In this document: one piece after another, positions 51,595 through 64,000 of the stretch
How the letters are laid out: each line of letters begins with the position of its first letter
Position numbering within the stretch: the stretch's first letter is position 1
DNA from: Octopus bimaculoides
Lineage: Eukaryota
Direction: 5' to 3'
Assembly: GCF_001194135.2 (NCBI RefSeq)
Contig: NC_069000.1
Span: 2,791,094-2,855,093, forward strand
Length of the DNA stretch: 64,000 nt
The notes under the pieces: model-generated
Told to the model about the DNA's origin: nothing
The model's database searches: none
What the model saw: the letters and a program-made list of their open reading frames with translations, nothing else
Position numbers and translations under genes: made by a program

Positions 51595-52415
51595 ATATGT
51601 TTCCATATATTCTGGTATATACGTATGTCACTCATTCTCTGTGTCTGTTGCTGCCTGTATGTTCCTGTGTGTGTGTATATACCTACGTAAACGCACACAT
51701 GTATTTACTTATTTAGGGAAGAATCGAACCACGGACACTTAATACATAGTAAAATGTTTAATTTGTCATTTCTCTAGTAGCAACGTGATATAATGTATCA
51801 TCAAGTTGTTAGAACATTGGTATAGATTTCCTTTTTAGACCGTTTTTTTGTTACTTTTCTTTTCCTTCTTCTTTATCCCTTCATCTCCATTGTTGTGAGT
51901 TTCTTTTCATTTGTTGACTTTGCAGAAGCCTCCATTGAACGATACGACTCTTAGTTCTTTTTCTAGTACGGTTTAATATATGCAGAATGTTTGTTGTCAG
52001 AAACTGTTGCTGTTTTTTTTTTTCTTTTTGTGGTATGTTATTACTAAATATGATTGTTAAGATAATTGATCTTGGCTTCCATTCAAAGAAATATCTCTAT
52101 TTAATAATTCGACTAATGTCCATGAAATTTCATGTCCGTAACAATATCGCATTGTTACTTGAAGAATATAACTGATGTTGTACGTCTAGTAAAATAAAAT
52201 AAGTTACTTTTTAAAAAAACTCTGTATTTTTATCGTATTAATGTTAATGTGAACATGCTTCTAGCAATGTTTGCTAAATAAATTTAACTAGAGATAGTTA
52301 TTGTAAAATAAGAGATGACGAAAACATCGCTAATGAGTAAAATATTGTCAATGTTGTGTCTGGGGAGAGTCATTTTCTTTTGGTGCCTAATAATTGTCAA
52401 TGTTAATATTATACT

Positions 52416-52665
52416 TATTTCTCTTCTTTTCCTCTCTTCGTTCTTCTTCTTCTTCTTCCTCCTCCTCTTTTTTCTTCTGCCTCCTATTCTTTTTCCTCCT
52501 CTCCTGCTTTTTCCTCCTCTCCTTCCTCTTATTCTTCTCCTTCTTCCTCCTCCTCCACTTCTTCCTCCTCTTCTGCCCGTCCTTCCTTTCCTCTTCTTCT
52601 TACTCTCCTTTTTCTTCACCTTCTCCCTCTTCTTCTTCTTCTTTTCCTTATTATCATTATTATTA
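52416..52665. repeat. Polypyrimidine (CTT/CCT)n low-complexity tract ending in (TTA)n
   Basis: Direct inspection. Confidence 0.95.
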
Positions 52666-52669
52666 ATAA

Positions 52670-52771
52670 GGCAGTGAGCTTGCAGAACCTTTAGCACGCT
52701 GGACAAAATGCTTAGTGGTATTTTGCCCGTCACTATATATTGAATTCAAATTCCGCCGAGGTCAACATTGA
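52670..52771 (+). mobile_element. Second-family SINE, 5' part
   Basis: GGCAGTGAGCTTGCAGAACC..AAAATGCTTAGTGGTATTT..GAATTCAAATTCCGCCGAGGTCAAC. Confidence 0.8.
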
Positions 52772-52987
52772 CGTTCTTCACTGGGATATCTTTGATCCTA
52801 TGCTAGATGAACTGGAGCTGAAAATGAAAATGATTGATTGTGATGTTGTGAAATTTTAGGTTTACTTTAGGAGAATTATTTTTGTTTAACCTGTCAAATC
52901 TCAAACTTTTGAAGAATGAAAGACATAACAAATAGTAACGTAATCTCTTTGAAGGGGACTCCTACCGTTTACAAGAAAATGGGAAAG

Positions 52988-53032
<45 letters not shown>

Positions 53033-53108
53033 NNNNNNNNNNNNNNNNNNNNNNNNNNNNNNNNNNNNNNNNNNNNNNNNNNNNNNNNNNNNNNNNNNNN
53101 NNNNNNNN

Positions 53109-53171
<63 letters not shown>

Positions 53172-54017
53172 TATAGACATATATATACATGTATAAATAT
53201 ACATCTATATATGCATATACATATATATTTTGCGAGCGAGAGAGAGTGATAGAAGAAAAAAGACTGATGGAAGGAATAGTAGATCTATAGTGAGAGGGAG
53301 AAAACAGAAACAGCCTAGATAAATGGTGAGTGTCAGAAAAATATAAAAGGAGGAGGGAAGAAAGAGACAAAGAGACTGTAAGTAAGAAAGCAACAAAAGG
53401 AAAGTGGGTAGAGAACGCTGCGTCGTGAATAAGAGAGAATAAAAAAAAAAGCAGACGATTACGAAAATAATTACTTTTTTCATATTTGGTTCGGCGCTAA
53501 AATGTCTATAGCAATTCACCCTCATGAATTCTGCACAAATTATTGATTGAAAAGGAAAATATCGGTAAAGGAAATAACGATATTTATTAAAGTTTGGAAA
53601 CCCGTTGTTGAATGTGTTTGTTCCAAAGATTTGTTTTGAATACAAACAATTTTTCACATAAACAAATAAATGTTAAATGCATTTTTATAAAAGACATTCG
53701 CAATCCAAACAAATTATTGTCTGGCAAAACTTGGAAATGCAAAAATTTACAATTTTCCACCATTGAAGATAATCAAATGTAAATAAAAGTTTTTAGAAAA
53801 TCTATATATTTTTGGTCTCGAAACCAGAATGGTGAGTGGAAACTATAATGATATCGATAACGCAGCTGAAGATGGGATATGTACAACTGATGTGATTGCA
53901 TTGATTGTACGATGTAAATAGTCAAACTGTTTTTTATAGTCCAGTGATTGTAAGTTGTTCACTAGGATACGAATTCTAGAAAATGTTATACTTGCTTGAC
54001 GTTTTATGGGGGTATTG

Positions 54018-54076
<59 letters not shown>

Positions 54077-55204
54077 ATAGTTTATGTGAATACATATAGT
54101 ATATTACTAACACACATGCATGTCGGCTAACAGTTTCTATATATATACGCAGATAGATAGATATGAATAATTAGTCGAGATGTATGCGTATTTCTTATAC
54201 AGGATATACTAACACACGTACTCTCACATGTGTAACAGTTCACACAACCGTTTATGTATAAGTGTGTTTTCGTACATGCCTATACGGATGTGGAATCACT
54301 CGCATTGTGTGACATCCTTGGATGTTTTAATCATACATGAGACGGTCATTTTGCCACTTATAACACGCGTACTGGTTATGTTCTACTCCTTTATAATACA
54401 CTTAGTTACATGATGAAACCATTGTTGCTAGAATGAGCTAGGGGTTCGCTCATCTACTCGCATCATATCGCATGAAGTCTCCATAATTAAGCAGCGAGAA
54501 AAAATGTCCTCTCAGGATTAAAAATCTCAGTAACGTCCGTTCGCACGGAACAGCCGGGTTTGAAGTGGTGACAAATATGCTAGGCATAACACCACAATTT
54601 CGCCGTATTTTCTTGTTGTTTAATCCTCGTCACTCTTGATCACTCGTATCTCTGACCAAAAATATCTCCGCCGTGAATATCCAGTCTTTTATTCAAACAT
54701 ATTTATATCTATTTGTGTCTTATCTACTGCAGTCTTTCATTATTACAAATAGTTTTATGTGAATTGTTCAAAAACGACCATATATATCTAGCAGCTCAAT
54801 CGACAACTTTGCCGACTGTCTCAGAGAACCGTCCTCTCATTGATCATATAAAGATTAGCAGTCTAAAAGAAATACTGTCAAACAGTGATAGATGTTGAAT
54901 CTATTGGTTTCCAAGTCATCGAATTTATACAATTATTGGATGAGATAGCTCGACTGTATTACATAATGATTGAATGCCAAATACTATAGATTATCAAACA
55001 AATATACAATTTGTATATTGATTTATTTGTTTTAAATATATTTCGTAGATTTGTCGACAGGTTTAGTCCAACATTAGAAGTTTTCCCACCGGAGATTCAT
55101 TTGTTTTCTGCATTTACAGTGGCGAATGGGCAAGGATTGTATCTGGAGAAGTCGGCTGGAATAAAATATGGCGTTGAGACAATGATTCACTCAATCGTAC
55201 GACA

Positions 55205-55215
55205 ATATCTATCTC

Positions 55216-55253
<38 letters not shown>

Positions 55254-55312
55254 ATTCTACCAGTTTCTTTCTCATTGTCTGTCTCTCATTGTTTCTCTCT
55301 CTCTCTCTCTCT

Positions 55313-55384
<72 letters not shown>

Positions 55385-55480
55385 GTATATTATATATGTA
55401 TACATATATGTATACATATATTATATAGGTATGCAAATATGTATATTATATATATATGTATATATGTATATAATATATAT
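55205..55480. repeat. (TCTA)n, (CT)n and (TA)n compound array
   Basis: Direct inspection. Confidence 0.9.
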
Positions 55481-57531
55481 GCCCAAATAATGCGGATAAG
55501 TGATTGCGTAGATTCAGCCATAGAAATTTTAAATCACACTTCTCCGTCGTAGTAAAGCGAAAGCGATGCATTAGAGCTTTGCTACTTAAAGCATGACTCT
55601 TACAGGAAACAATATTATCTGTCCTCTGTTGGTGGCACTGAAACCTATAGAAATATCTACGTATCAAATGATCAAAGGTATCCTATCTTGGCTATTTCGT
55701 ATTTGGTTTTAACTATAGCAGTCATATTATCCAAAGTACTGCCAAATGTATCTCATTGTTTTAAAGCAATGCAATTTAGGTCGTATTTTCTTGAAAGTCT
55801 AACGATCACTTAAACGTCTCTGGCAAATCAAGATACATATTGTAATGGCAGAGTAGATTCTATGACTTCCACCATTTGGTGATATTGATACATTTAGGAA
55901 AGCAAACGTATTGCTCTTTAATTTTACCCTAACTTTCCTTACGAATGGTTCTGTTCATATAATATTCGCAGGCAAATATACTAAATGCTTCCCAATACTC
56001 GAGCTTCCTCGAGCCTCTCTCACCGTTACGAAAGAAAGAGAGAGCTGCTCGTATGCTGTCAGTTCGTTTGCTATAATTTGCATTTAGCTAACTTTTAAAT
56101 CATGAAATCTTAAACTTGGAAGAAGTATCCAGTGACATAGATCTAGATCTGTGATAAGATAATAATATATCAAGATGTCCGGCTACGTACGATAGCCTTG
56201 GAATTTATATCTGTGGGATCGAGTTGAATTGCGACAAGGAAATGACAATAGGAAACTAACGAAATTGTTGCTAGCACACACACACACACAGAGTTCTTAA
56301 CGGAAGAGCAAACATATCAGACAGGGGAACTAATTATATTGCTGAGGTATCTAACAAGGATCATTGGTTTTGTTTCTGTTGTTCTTACACTTTATCTGGT
56401 TGTATTGTTTAATTCTTTGTCGACGGTCACCAGGGAGTATAATCCTTGTCTTGAAGTTATTGAATACATTGAAATATCTTCTGACTTTCAGTAATGATAA
56501 ATCCCAGATATTTCATCCACAATCTCCTTGAATGTATTTCAAGAAGTACATAGAATTCAAACAATATTCGTCTTCTATTTTAAAGCAGATCGATCACAAA
56601 TTGAGTCCTTCCTCCCCTATTGTCAAACACTATGCATTTGTGTGTTAAAAACATATATAAAAATAAATATATAAACTTAACCAAAGTACAGAATTTTAAT
56701 AGAAAGAACCAATTGCAGATTATTAAAACGACATGCTTTGCTTGGGTTTTACTCGATTTCGACAGTGTATTAGATCATTTACTTCCCTTGGTTACTATTA
56801 TTATTATCATTGTTGTTGCTGTTGTTATTATCGACAGTAGAATATAATTAAATTTTCATTACAGATTCTTTTTTTGTCTTTATGGCCGTCTATTATTTGA
56901 AAGCTTCTGTTGAAACAAAATGTCAATGCTCGTGCAATTATGTTGGGTCGAAGAATATCGATTCTCAGAGGAAAAAGAGGAAAAAAGTCATTTGTTTATG
57001 TTTTAATTATGCATTTCGTTTCATAGATCTACAAAATTATGCATACAAACTAATTTTCATCAAATGAATGTATTTTATAATTGACTATTTGTAATCTATG
57101 GTAGCTATCTGGGGGCAAGGCGGGAAATTTTATATGTATTCTCTTCGGGGTAAGGTTAATGGGCGTTTCTTACGTTCCGACATTTCCAAAGCGCATTATT
57201 AACGCTAATTAGCGATGTTGATTGAACTATATTAGACTGAGAGCAACTACAAAGTCGGATCTTTGTATCATCTACTCATATACCGCATCTTCTTTTGTTT
57301 TCGTGTACAGTTCTCACAAAATCAACAATAATTCAAAAGATGCTGACATAAACATGGAGCCTTTCCTGAGTATAGCAACGCAACACTTCATACATACACA
57401 CACACACATACACATAGATACATACACACGTACAAACACATATACACGCATACATATCATATCCGCACATGCATAGATACATTCATATATATATATATAT
57501 ATAAATATATAAGTGCAGAAACATGTTCAGG

Positions 57532-57645
57532 AAACAGTGAGTTGGTAGAATTGGTACCACATCGTACAAACTGCCGAGCTGCATTCCTTCCAACTCTACA
57601 ATCAGGGTTCAAATACCACCAAATGTCAATCTTTGCCTATTATCT
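57532..57645 (+). mobile_element. Decayed second-family SINE
   Basis: CAGTGAGTTGGTAGAATTGG A-box-like, GGGTTCAAATACC B-box, GTCAATCTTTGCCT. Confidence 0.55.
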
Positions 57646-58715
57646 GTTAGTAACCGTGCTGTTTAGTGCTTCTGATGTTGCTGCAACTCTGACAATGGCA
57701 GCTGTTGATATTAGTTATAGCTGCGGTTAATTAAAACTTTCCGAACGTGACTATGGCAACGGTGTGGATATTTTTTAGGGCTAAGTAACTTAAAGCGTCA
57801 AACTGATCCTTATTTAAGACACTTGCATGCGAATTTTGTGAATATTTTATTTGCTATTTCTAACAGTTCGAGAAATAACCCGGATGTTCTCACACTGTTG
57901 TTTTTTTACGTTCTAAGGAGCGAGACTCCTGAATCATGGTTCATCAATAGGCGAGTCACACTACAGAAGTTATCGAAGGTATTTTTTTGCTAAGTGCCCC
58001 ATTCAGAAGACGAAAATTCTGATTACTCATTAAAGTATCGCTTCTGCTGGTCGAGCTTTTAGCCCAAGGCCAAGCGTCTTGAAAGAGAACTCCAGTCAAT
58101 GGCATTCTGTCTATGACCATTGATTTCTTTCGACGTGTCAAATATTATGTTCTCAGATTTTGTTACATCCTCTTAGAAACCAGTTAACTGTTATCTGAGG
58201 GCCATTTTCCCGCTGTTCTTCGCAAATCATTTTGGCTTATCTAATTCGCAGAAAATTAGTTTTCAGACAAACCGCAATACAAATTGGTTAGCGCGTATTT
58301 CATATTGTACAATAGTTCTTATGCATTATTTTTATTCTTTTCCTTAGTTCAAATTGTCAATGAACCGCGTCTGTGCTGGGGCATCGCCCAGAAAGATAAG
58401 TCATGTCAACTGACCTCGGTGTTTATTCTAAAGTTTTTGTACTCACTCAGTCGGTTTCTTATAATGAGGCGCAACATTACGCAGACAAACAAGATTTTAA
58501 GCAGTGTAAGGACGGTTGACAATTCATGGACCAGTTGGTTCATGTCTGACAATTCAATGCCTGACCAAAAGAATCCATCAAATAAGGCTTACACTACATC
58601 TCATAGACACTATCCACCCTACTGACGTGATCTGGAGGTAAGCCAAGGCAAGATATCGGGTGCCAATGCTGTCCAAAGGCTTAGGAATGTTGTATATATA
58701 TATACACACAGGTGG

Positions 58716-58868
58716 TTGACTTCCATTTTGTTTCCGTCTACCAAATTTAGTCAGTGTTTGGTCGGCTCGAAGCTGAAGTAGAAGATACTTTTTCACAGTA
58801 AAAACACTGCGCATTGAACTATACATGAAAATGCATAGTTGCGAAATGAACTTCTTAACGACACACCT
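58716..58868 (-). mobile_element. Decayed CORE-type SINE, 5' half
   Basis: GTTTCCGTCTACCAAATT..TTTGGTCGGCTCGAAGCT..GTAGAAGATACTT. Confidence 0.65.
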
Positions 58869-60969
58869 TGCCTGTGTCTCAATGACTACACTATGTCATA
58901 AATATGTTCAATAGAATTAAAAAAGGTCATGTATTACATATTGATCTAACAGTATGTGTTTAGTTTATTGTAGGCATTTACTATACCTTAAAAGATAGTG
59001 TAGATCTGAAACAGATCCACATTGCGATTAAACAGACATTATAAAATTTCCATTTTGCATTGCCTCGTCGGAAATATAAAGTCAATGCTAAAATATACGA
59101 ATTTATATTCTCATATTCATTGAAACGTGAACTTGGTTGAAGTCGAGATACTTTTGCAAACGCATGATACAATTCTGAAATGGTATAATTTATATTCACT
59201 TTATAATCCAAGGAAGCGTGGTCATAAAAATACTAACAAAATGGTATGAAAACACTAAAGAATATGAAAGTGAAAGTTGTAATAAATAAATAAAATAAAT
59301 AAATGTAGAAATAAAGATATAAATACGAGCAGAATGTTTATGCCTATACAAGAAGGAATGTCTGTATTTGACAAACGCGTCGAAAGATATAAAATATAGT
59401 AATTCTTCTACAAAAGAATAACAAGAGCACTTGCGATTATGAAAGCAAATATTGCAAATGTTACCGCGATAGATTCTAACAATAGACATTTATATATCAG
59501 AGTAACCCTAGATAAATTGATCATGTGACTACGAAACCAACGGCCAATCGATTATGAATATGAATATTGTTAGTTCAATAGAAAAATCGGATATAAAATA
59601 TCCGGTAACTTTTATTTGTTCTCTCTTATAAGCCACAGAGGAACTAAGTGAAAGGAAATAAAATAAAACAAAAATATTTCCTCGCTTTGTATATAAACTA
59701 CCAAATTATACAAAATTCTCCAATTCAGTGACACCCCTAAAGGAAAAAAAATTCTTTTGATTCTTCACTATCATACATACATTGTGCATTCGTATAAAAT
59801 GTTTGGGTTTATTAAATGCGCTTAAATTAAATTTAGACACGAGTAATGGTTTTGCCGAATTTTACATTATGATAATTCTGAGTGTATTTCGTATTTATAG
59901 CTCTTTTTGTATGAAAGATGTAGAATCGGGAAAAGATTTAGTACATTACAAATAACTACTGTATTAGAAGACTGCTGTATATGTTATGTAATTGATAATG
60001 TTGGCCAGTATTCTGTTAAAACCCTTAAAATCATTACAATGTCAGATCTTGCAATCATTTATGAAACTTGCTGGCGTTCTCGTATATATATCATAGTTAC
60101 AAAAACATAAGTGTTCATCTTCAAAGATGGTGATTCTTTAGAAAGTTATGCTGTGATCTAATAATGTGACATTGATTGTCAGTCGACTTCATAAGCAATC
60201 AAAACATCCTAGTAAATGCAATCTGGTCGTTGGGATAGTACACAAACACCTATTTATTAAATCATCTGAACCATGCGTGATTTTATCTTCATCTATGTAT
60301 AAATTTTACTAAACCTTTTAGCCTTGACAGAAACAGCAGTGCGTCGAACAAATGCTTTGGTCGTTTTGTTTCGGTTCTCTGCGTTTTGAATTTAAATGCT
60401 AACACGGAGGATTTTATTCTTTCGTTGGAGGAGACCGGCCTTTCTCTGCATTGATAAATAGAGTACCAGTCCTCTTTCCAATGAAGAACCATGGTCCAAA
60501 CGTCAATTTTCCTTCTAGTTTCACAACGTCAATTATTTACTGTATACGTCTGATTGACTTCGTTGTCTTTTAACGCATTTTCCTTTTAGTTCTTGTTTCC
60601 TCTGTGTGTGTGTGTGTGATTTTCTAATAAATTAAATTATATTATATGTTTTGTTATGTTCACTTGTAAACGCAATGTTTATTAACTAGTGATTGATATT
60701 TCTTTCAACATTGGTAGCTATTTCAATCTATTCAGGGACCAACGTTTCCAAAAACGTAAGCGTTTTTTTCCACTTTATACCTAGAAAATAATCATTAATA
60801 TATTCTTTCACTGCATATTCAACAAGTTTACTGAATCAGCATCAACAACATAAGAGTACAACCGTTCACACAGATGCAAACATACAAATACACAAATGCA
60901 TGCGAAAAGCGATAGAAAATAAAAGTCTTTGCTTCAATGTAGCAATCCGAATTGAAGGTGTTGATACAG

Positions 60970-60972
<3 letters not shown>

Positions 60973-61016
<44 letters not shown>

Positions 61017-61182
61017 TGGATGGTTGGATAGACAGAGGAGTGGATAAATAAAGAGATGGATCTCTCTGCTTGAGAATCCAAGACCTAGCTAGCTTGCTAC
61101 ATAAATTGGGAAATAGATATACAGGGAGATCAGCAAAACAAGATAGAGATATATAAATAGATAGATGGCAGGACAGGACATT

Positions 61183-61216
<34 letters not shown>
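60973..61216. repeat. (GA)n arrays
   Basis: Arrays at 60973-61012 and ~61184-61216. Confidence 0.9.
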
Positions 61217-61224
<8 letters not shown>

Positions 61225-61995
61225 GGCAAAAGAAGAAAGTGAGTATTAACTTGAAATCGATAAGAAAACAAGAGACTGAAGAAGTGTAGTAAAATGTATT
61301 GTGTTTGTTACGCCATTAATGCACTTGTGAATCTGCCGTTTTTGCGTACTCCAAACAACAGTATATTGTCAACTGTAAATATTTTGTAAACAGAACCTGA
61401 CACTATTTAACAAATATACATTTGCAATATATATATATATATATATGAATATATATGTGTGTTTTTGTGCAGGTAATATGTAAATTCCAGAAAGCATCAA
61501 CCTAAGTTTTTCAGTTTTGAATCATAATATTTGTATTTTATGGACCACAGTTTTATTTATTTATTTATTTATTTATTTTGTTCTGCGGGGAATATATAAA
61601 ATATTTGTTTTTGAAAATATGCTGTGATATGTCTTTCGGAAAATATTGTATCCAAATGTCATTTCTTACAATTAGCATAAGTCTGTTTGACTTTGCATGA
61701 TAAAAAACTTTATATTATCGGTATTAAAGACTCCAGTAGACATTATTTGAATTCTGCTTTTATGTGGTGTGTAATGAAAATAAAGCTAGCTTCCTCGATT
61801 TTAATAAAAAGAAAACTATGATTTCAGTATATTTGATTACAATATAAAGTAAAATAACTGATGTTTCGAATACAGAAATATGGTATAGACTATCCATCTT
61901 TTATACAGAATACGATAAAGTTATGTGGATAAAAGTGGTTATATTTTTATTTTCCCCAAAATAGGGTTCTTAATTCACTATGCTGCTCAACCTCA

Positions 61996-62330
61996 GCAGG
62001 TGGGGCATATATGTGTGGTGAAAAGTTTGTTTTCCAACCACATGGTTCCGGGTTCAGTCCCTCTGACATTCACCTTGGGTAAATATATTCTTTCATAGAC
62101 TTGGGCTGATGAAAACTTATGAGTGCATTTGGTAGTGCACCTACCACCACTTGAAATTAATTTACATGCTGTAATTTTGCGGGTCGGCTAAAAGGAACCG
62201 ATAGAATAAGTACCAGTCTTGAAAGAAAGATTACATCTGGGGTCGAATTGCTCGACTAAACCCTTCAAGAAAGTGCCCCAGCATGGCCGCAGTGCAATGA
62301 ATGGAAGAAGCAAAAGAAAATAGAATAATA
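61996..62330 (+). mobile_element. CORE-type SINE lacking the internal microsatellite linker
   Basis: CCAACCACATGGTTCCGGGTTCAGTCCC head, CACCTTGGGTAA core, tail GGGGTCGAATTGCTCGACTAAACCCTTCAAG..CCCCAGCATGGCCGCAG. Confidence 0.85.
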
Positions 62331-64000
62331 CTCAGATAATAAAAGGCAATGAGGGCAACCGTGTGTTCTAGAAATAACAGCTAGATCCAACATCGTTGTC
62401 TTAAGTAATGAAGGGAAATAATGCATGCACATTAGAGAATGTAGTCTAAAAAGATGATATGGTCGCGTATGGAATATTTTGTGGTTTATTGTAGTAAATT
62501 TCTCCACCAGATTTACTGCAAAAAGACGCAGAATATTAATGAAAAGAGATGGTTAATATGAAATCACGGGGACACACACATTACATATATATATATATGT
62601 GTGTGTGTATGTATAGCAGGGAAGGCAAACGCTAAAGAAGAAGTGTCAAGCAGAGTACATTAATGTAAAGTAATTGCTCTGCTAAAGGCTGTCACAATAT
62701 AGAAATATTTCCTACAATAATAATCCCAAATGGCAGCTCTGAATCTAATTTCTTCATCACATAACCATGTAGTTTGGGTATTGGTGATTCCTTCACCACC
62801 TGAATTCATGTTTCACAAAAATCTTCTTAAAAATTTTCTGCTCTCATAGGAAATCGAAATAATGGTTTGTTTATTTGATTATGTATCTGCGGTTAGTTTT
62901 GTTCTTGCGTTTAAAATGCTGTAACCGAGATAGTAGCAGTAAAGACTTCAGCCTTTCCATTAGTCATAATGTAGGACAAGAACAAGACATTTCCCTAAAT
63001 ATCCATTTATTAGTATATTTTCCTTGAATCGTTTGTTTTTTAACTCAAGATTTGAGAATTTTGCTATCTTTGATCCATAATTTTTATTAGCCATTGAAAT
63101 TCAGACACGCTACTCACACACAGGCTCACCTAATCTTATGTTCACCTACACATACATACACAGGCTTTCAACTCCCCCACCATATACACTAAGACACTCC
63201 ATCCTCACATGCACACACGTTCTTGCGCATCCCAGTTTAACCGAGTCACTGTTATCTCTCCTTCTATTGGCCGTCACCTTCCGGTCATTTGAACACATGG
63301 AACCATTAATCCCAACACATGTTTTCTCTCTGTTTTTTTTTTTGTCCCTCTCTCTCGATGTTTTCCTCTCATCCCTGTCAAGGATTGGAGTCTCGAAATG
63401 TCAAAGTTTCCTCCATTTTCTATAACATATTTGTAGCTTTCACATCTGAGACCATTAATCCCCACGAACCACATTAATTCGCTGTCACTGTTCACGATAC
63501 ACCAAAATCTCCCATTCCAGATTTTCATCCATGCTTGGCTGTTTTACAAAGCCCCAGAAGCATCGTTTTCAATGGATCAACTGATAAGAAAATGACTGGT
63601 ATTGTGTTTTATCGAAGCAGAAATGATAAAATATAAAGTTGCATTGGCTGCGGTCTGAGCTCAGAGCATAAATGCCAAGAAGTAAATAACACAAAGCATT
63701 TTTTCGACTCTGTAATGCTTCGGCAAATCCAGTGTGTTCTCATATTCATCATAAAGAAGAAAAAATAATAATAAAGCGGAGAATATGCAATTTGTCCTAA
63801 CGTTGATATAAAAATACATGTTTAATATCATAAATGCATAGCTGGATAAGAGAAGCCGTAAATTTGTGGATGATGTTACTGGCATCTATGTTCTGTGAAA
63901 TTAATACTTCCCGTATGAATGCATCGTAAAAAAAACACAGTTGTTTTCATTGTTCAATAAGAGTTGAGTCAGGCTAAATCTATGATCATAAAAAATAGGT

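Noticed and set aside
52284-52733. Lys/Arg/Gly-rich protamine-like ORF on the minus strand
   Set aside because: It derives entirely from the (CTT/CCT)n tract and runs into a SINE.
5632-53370. The many long ORFs in the track rich in YIYI, CVCV, HTHT or X
   Set aside because: They are translations of (TA)n, (TG)n and (CA)n arrays and N-gaps, which lack stop codons; not evidence of coding.
58348-58637. Exon between a good acceptor (58347) and donor (58638)
   Set aside because: All three frames contain stops and no homology is recognised; it could only be non-coding or terminal.
1-64000. CRISPR arrays, rRNA, telomeric repeats, prokaryotic operons
   Set aside because: No regularly spaced repeat-spacer arrays, rRNA motifs, TTAGGG tracts or gene-dense segments are visible.

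Overview
AT-rich eukaryotic genomic scaffold containing 12 N-gaps, nearly all flanked by (TA)n or (CA)n. It is most likely intronic or intergenic DNA of an octopus (coleoid cephalopod); this is inferred from recalled octopus tRNA-derived SINE families and the extreme microsatellite density, not from a database search. No complete protein-coding gene, rRNA, genuine tRNA or CRISPR array is supportable, and most ORFs in the supplied track are artefacts of microsatellites and gaps. The supportable content is: many SINE copies (at least three tRNA-headed families), decayed LINE fragments (R4/Dong-like RT, CR1-like, RTE-like), an internally deleted Charlie-type hAT transposon, and a few candidate exons. 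The most notable element is a 202-bp insertion at 37727-37928 with a 12-bp target-site duplication. It carries a minimal type-I hammerhead ribozyme core enclosed by ~55-bp inverted arms, resembling a Penelope/retrozyme-like non-autonomous element. Also worth checking: a textbook AG|GTAAGT recursive-splice-site motif on the minus strand (341-349) and a candidate ATG-bearing exon with an overlapping uORF (26068-26174).
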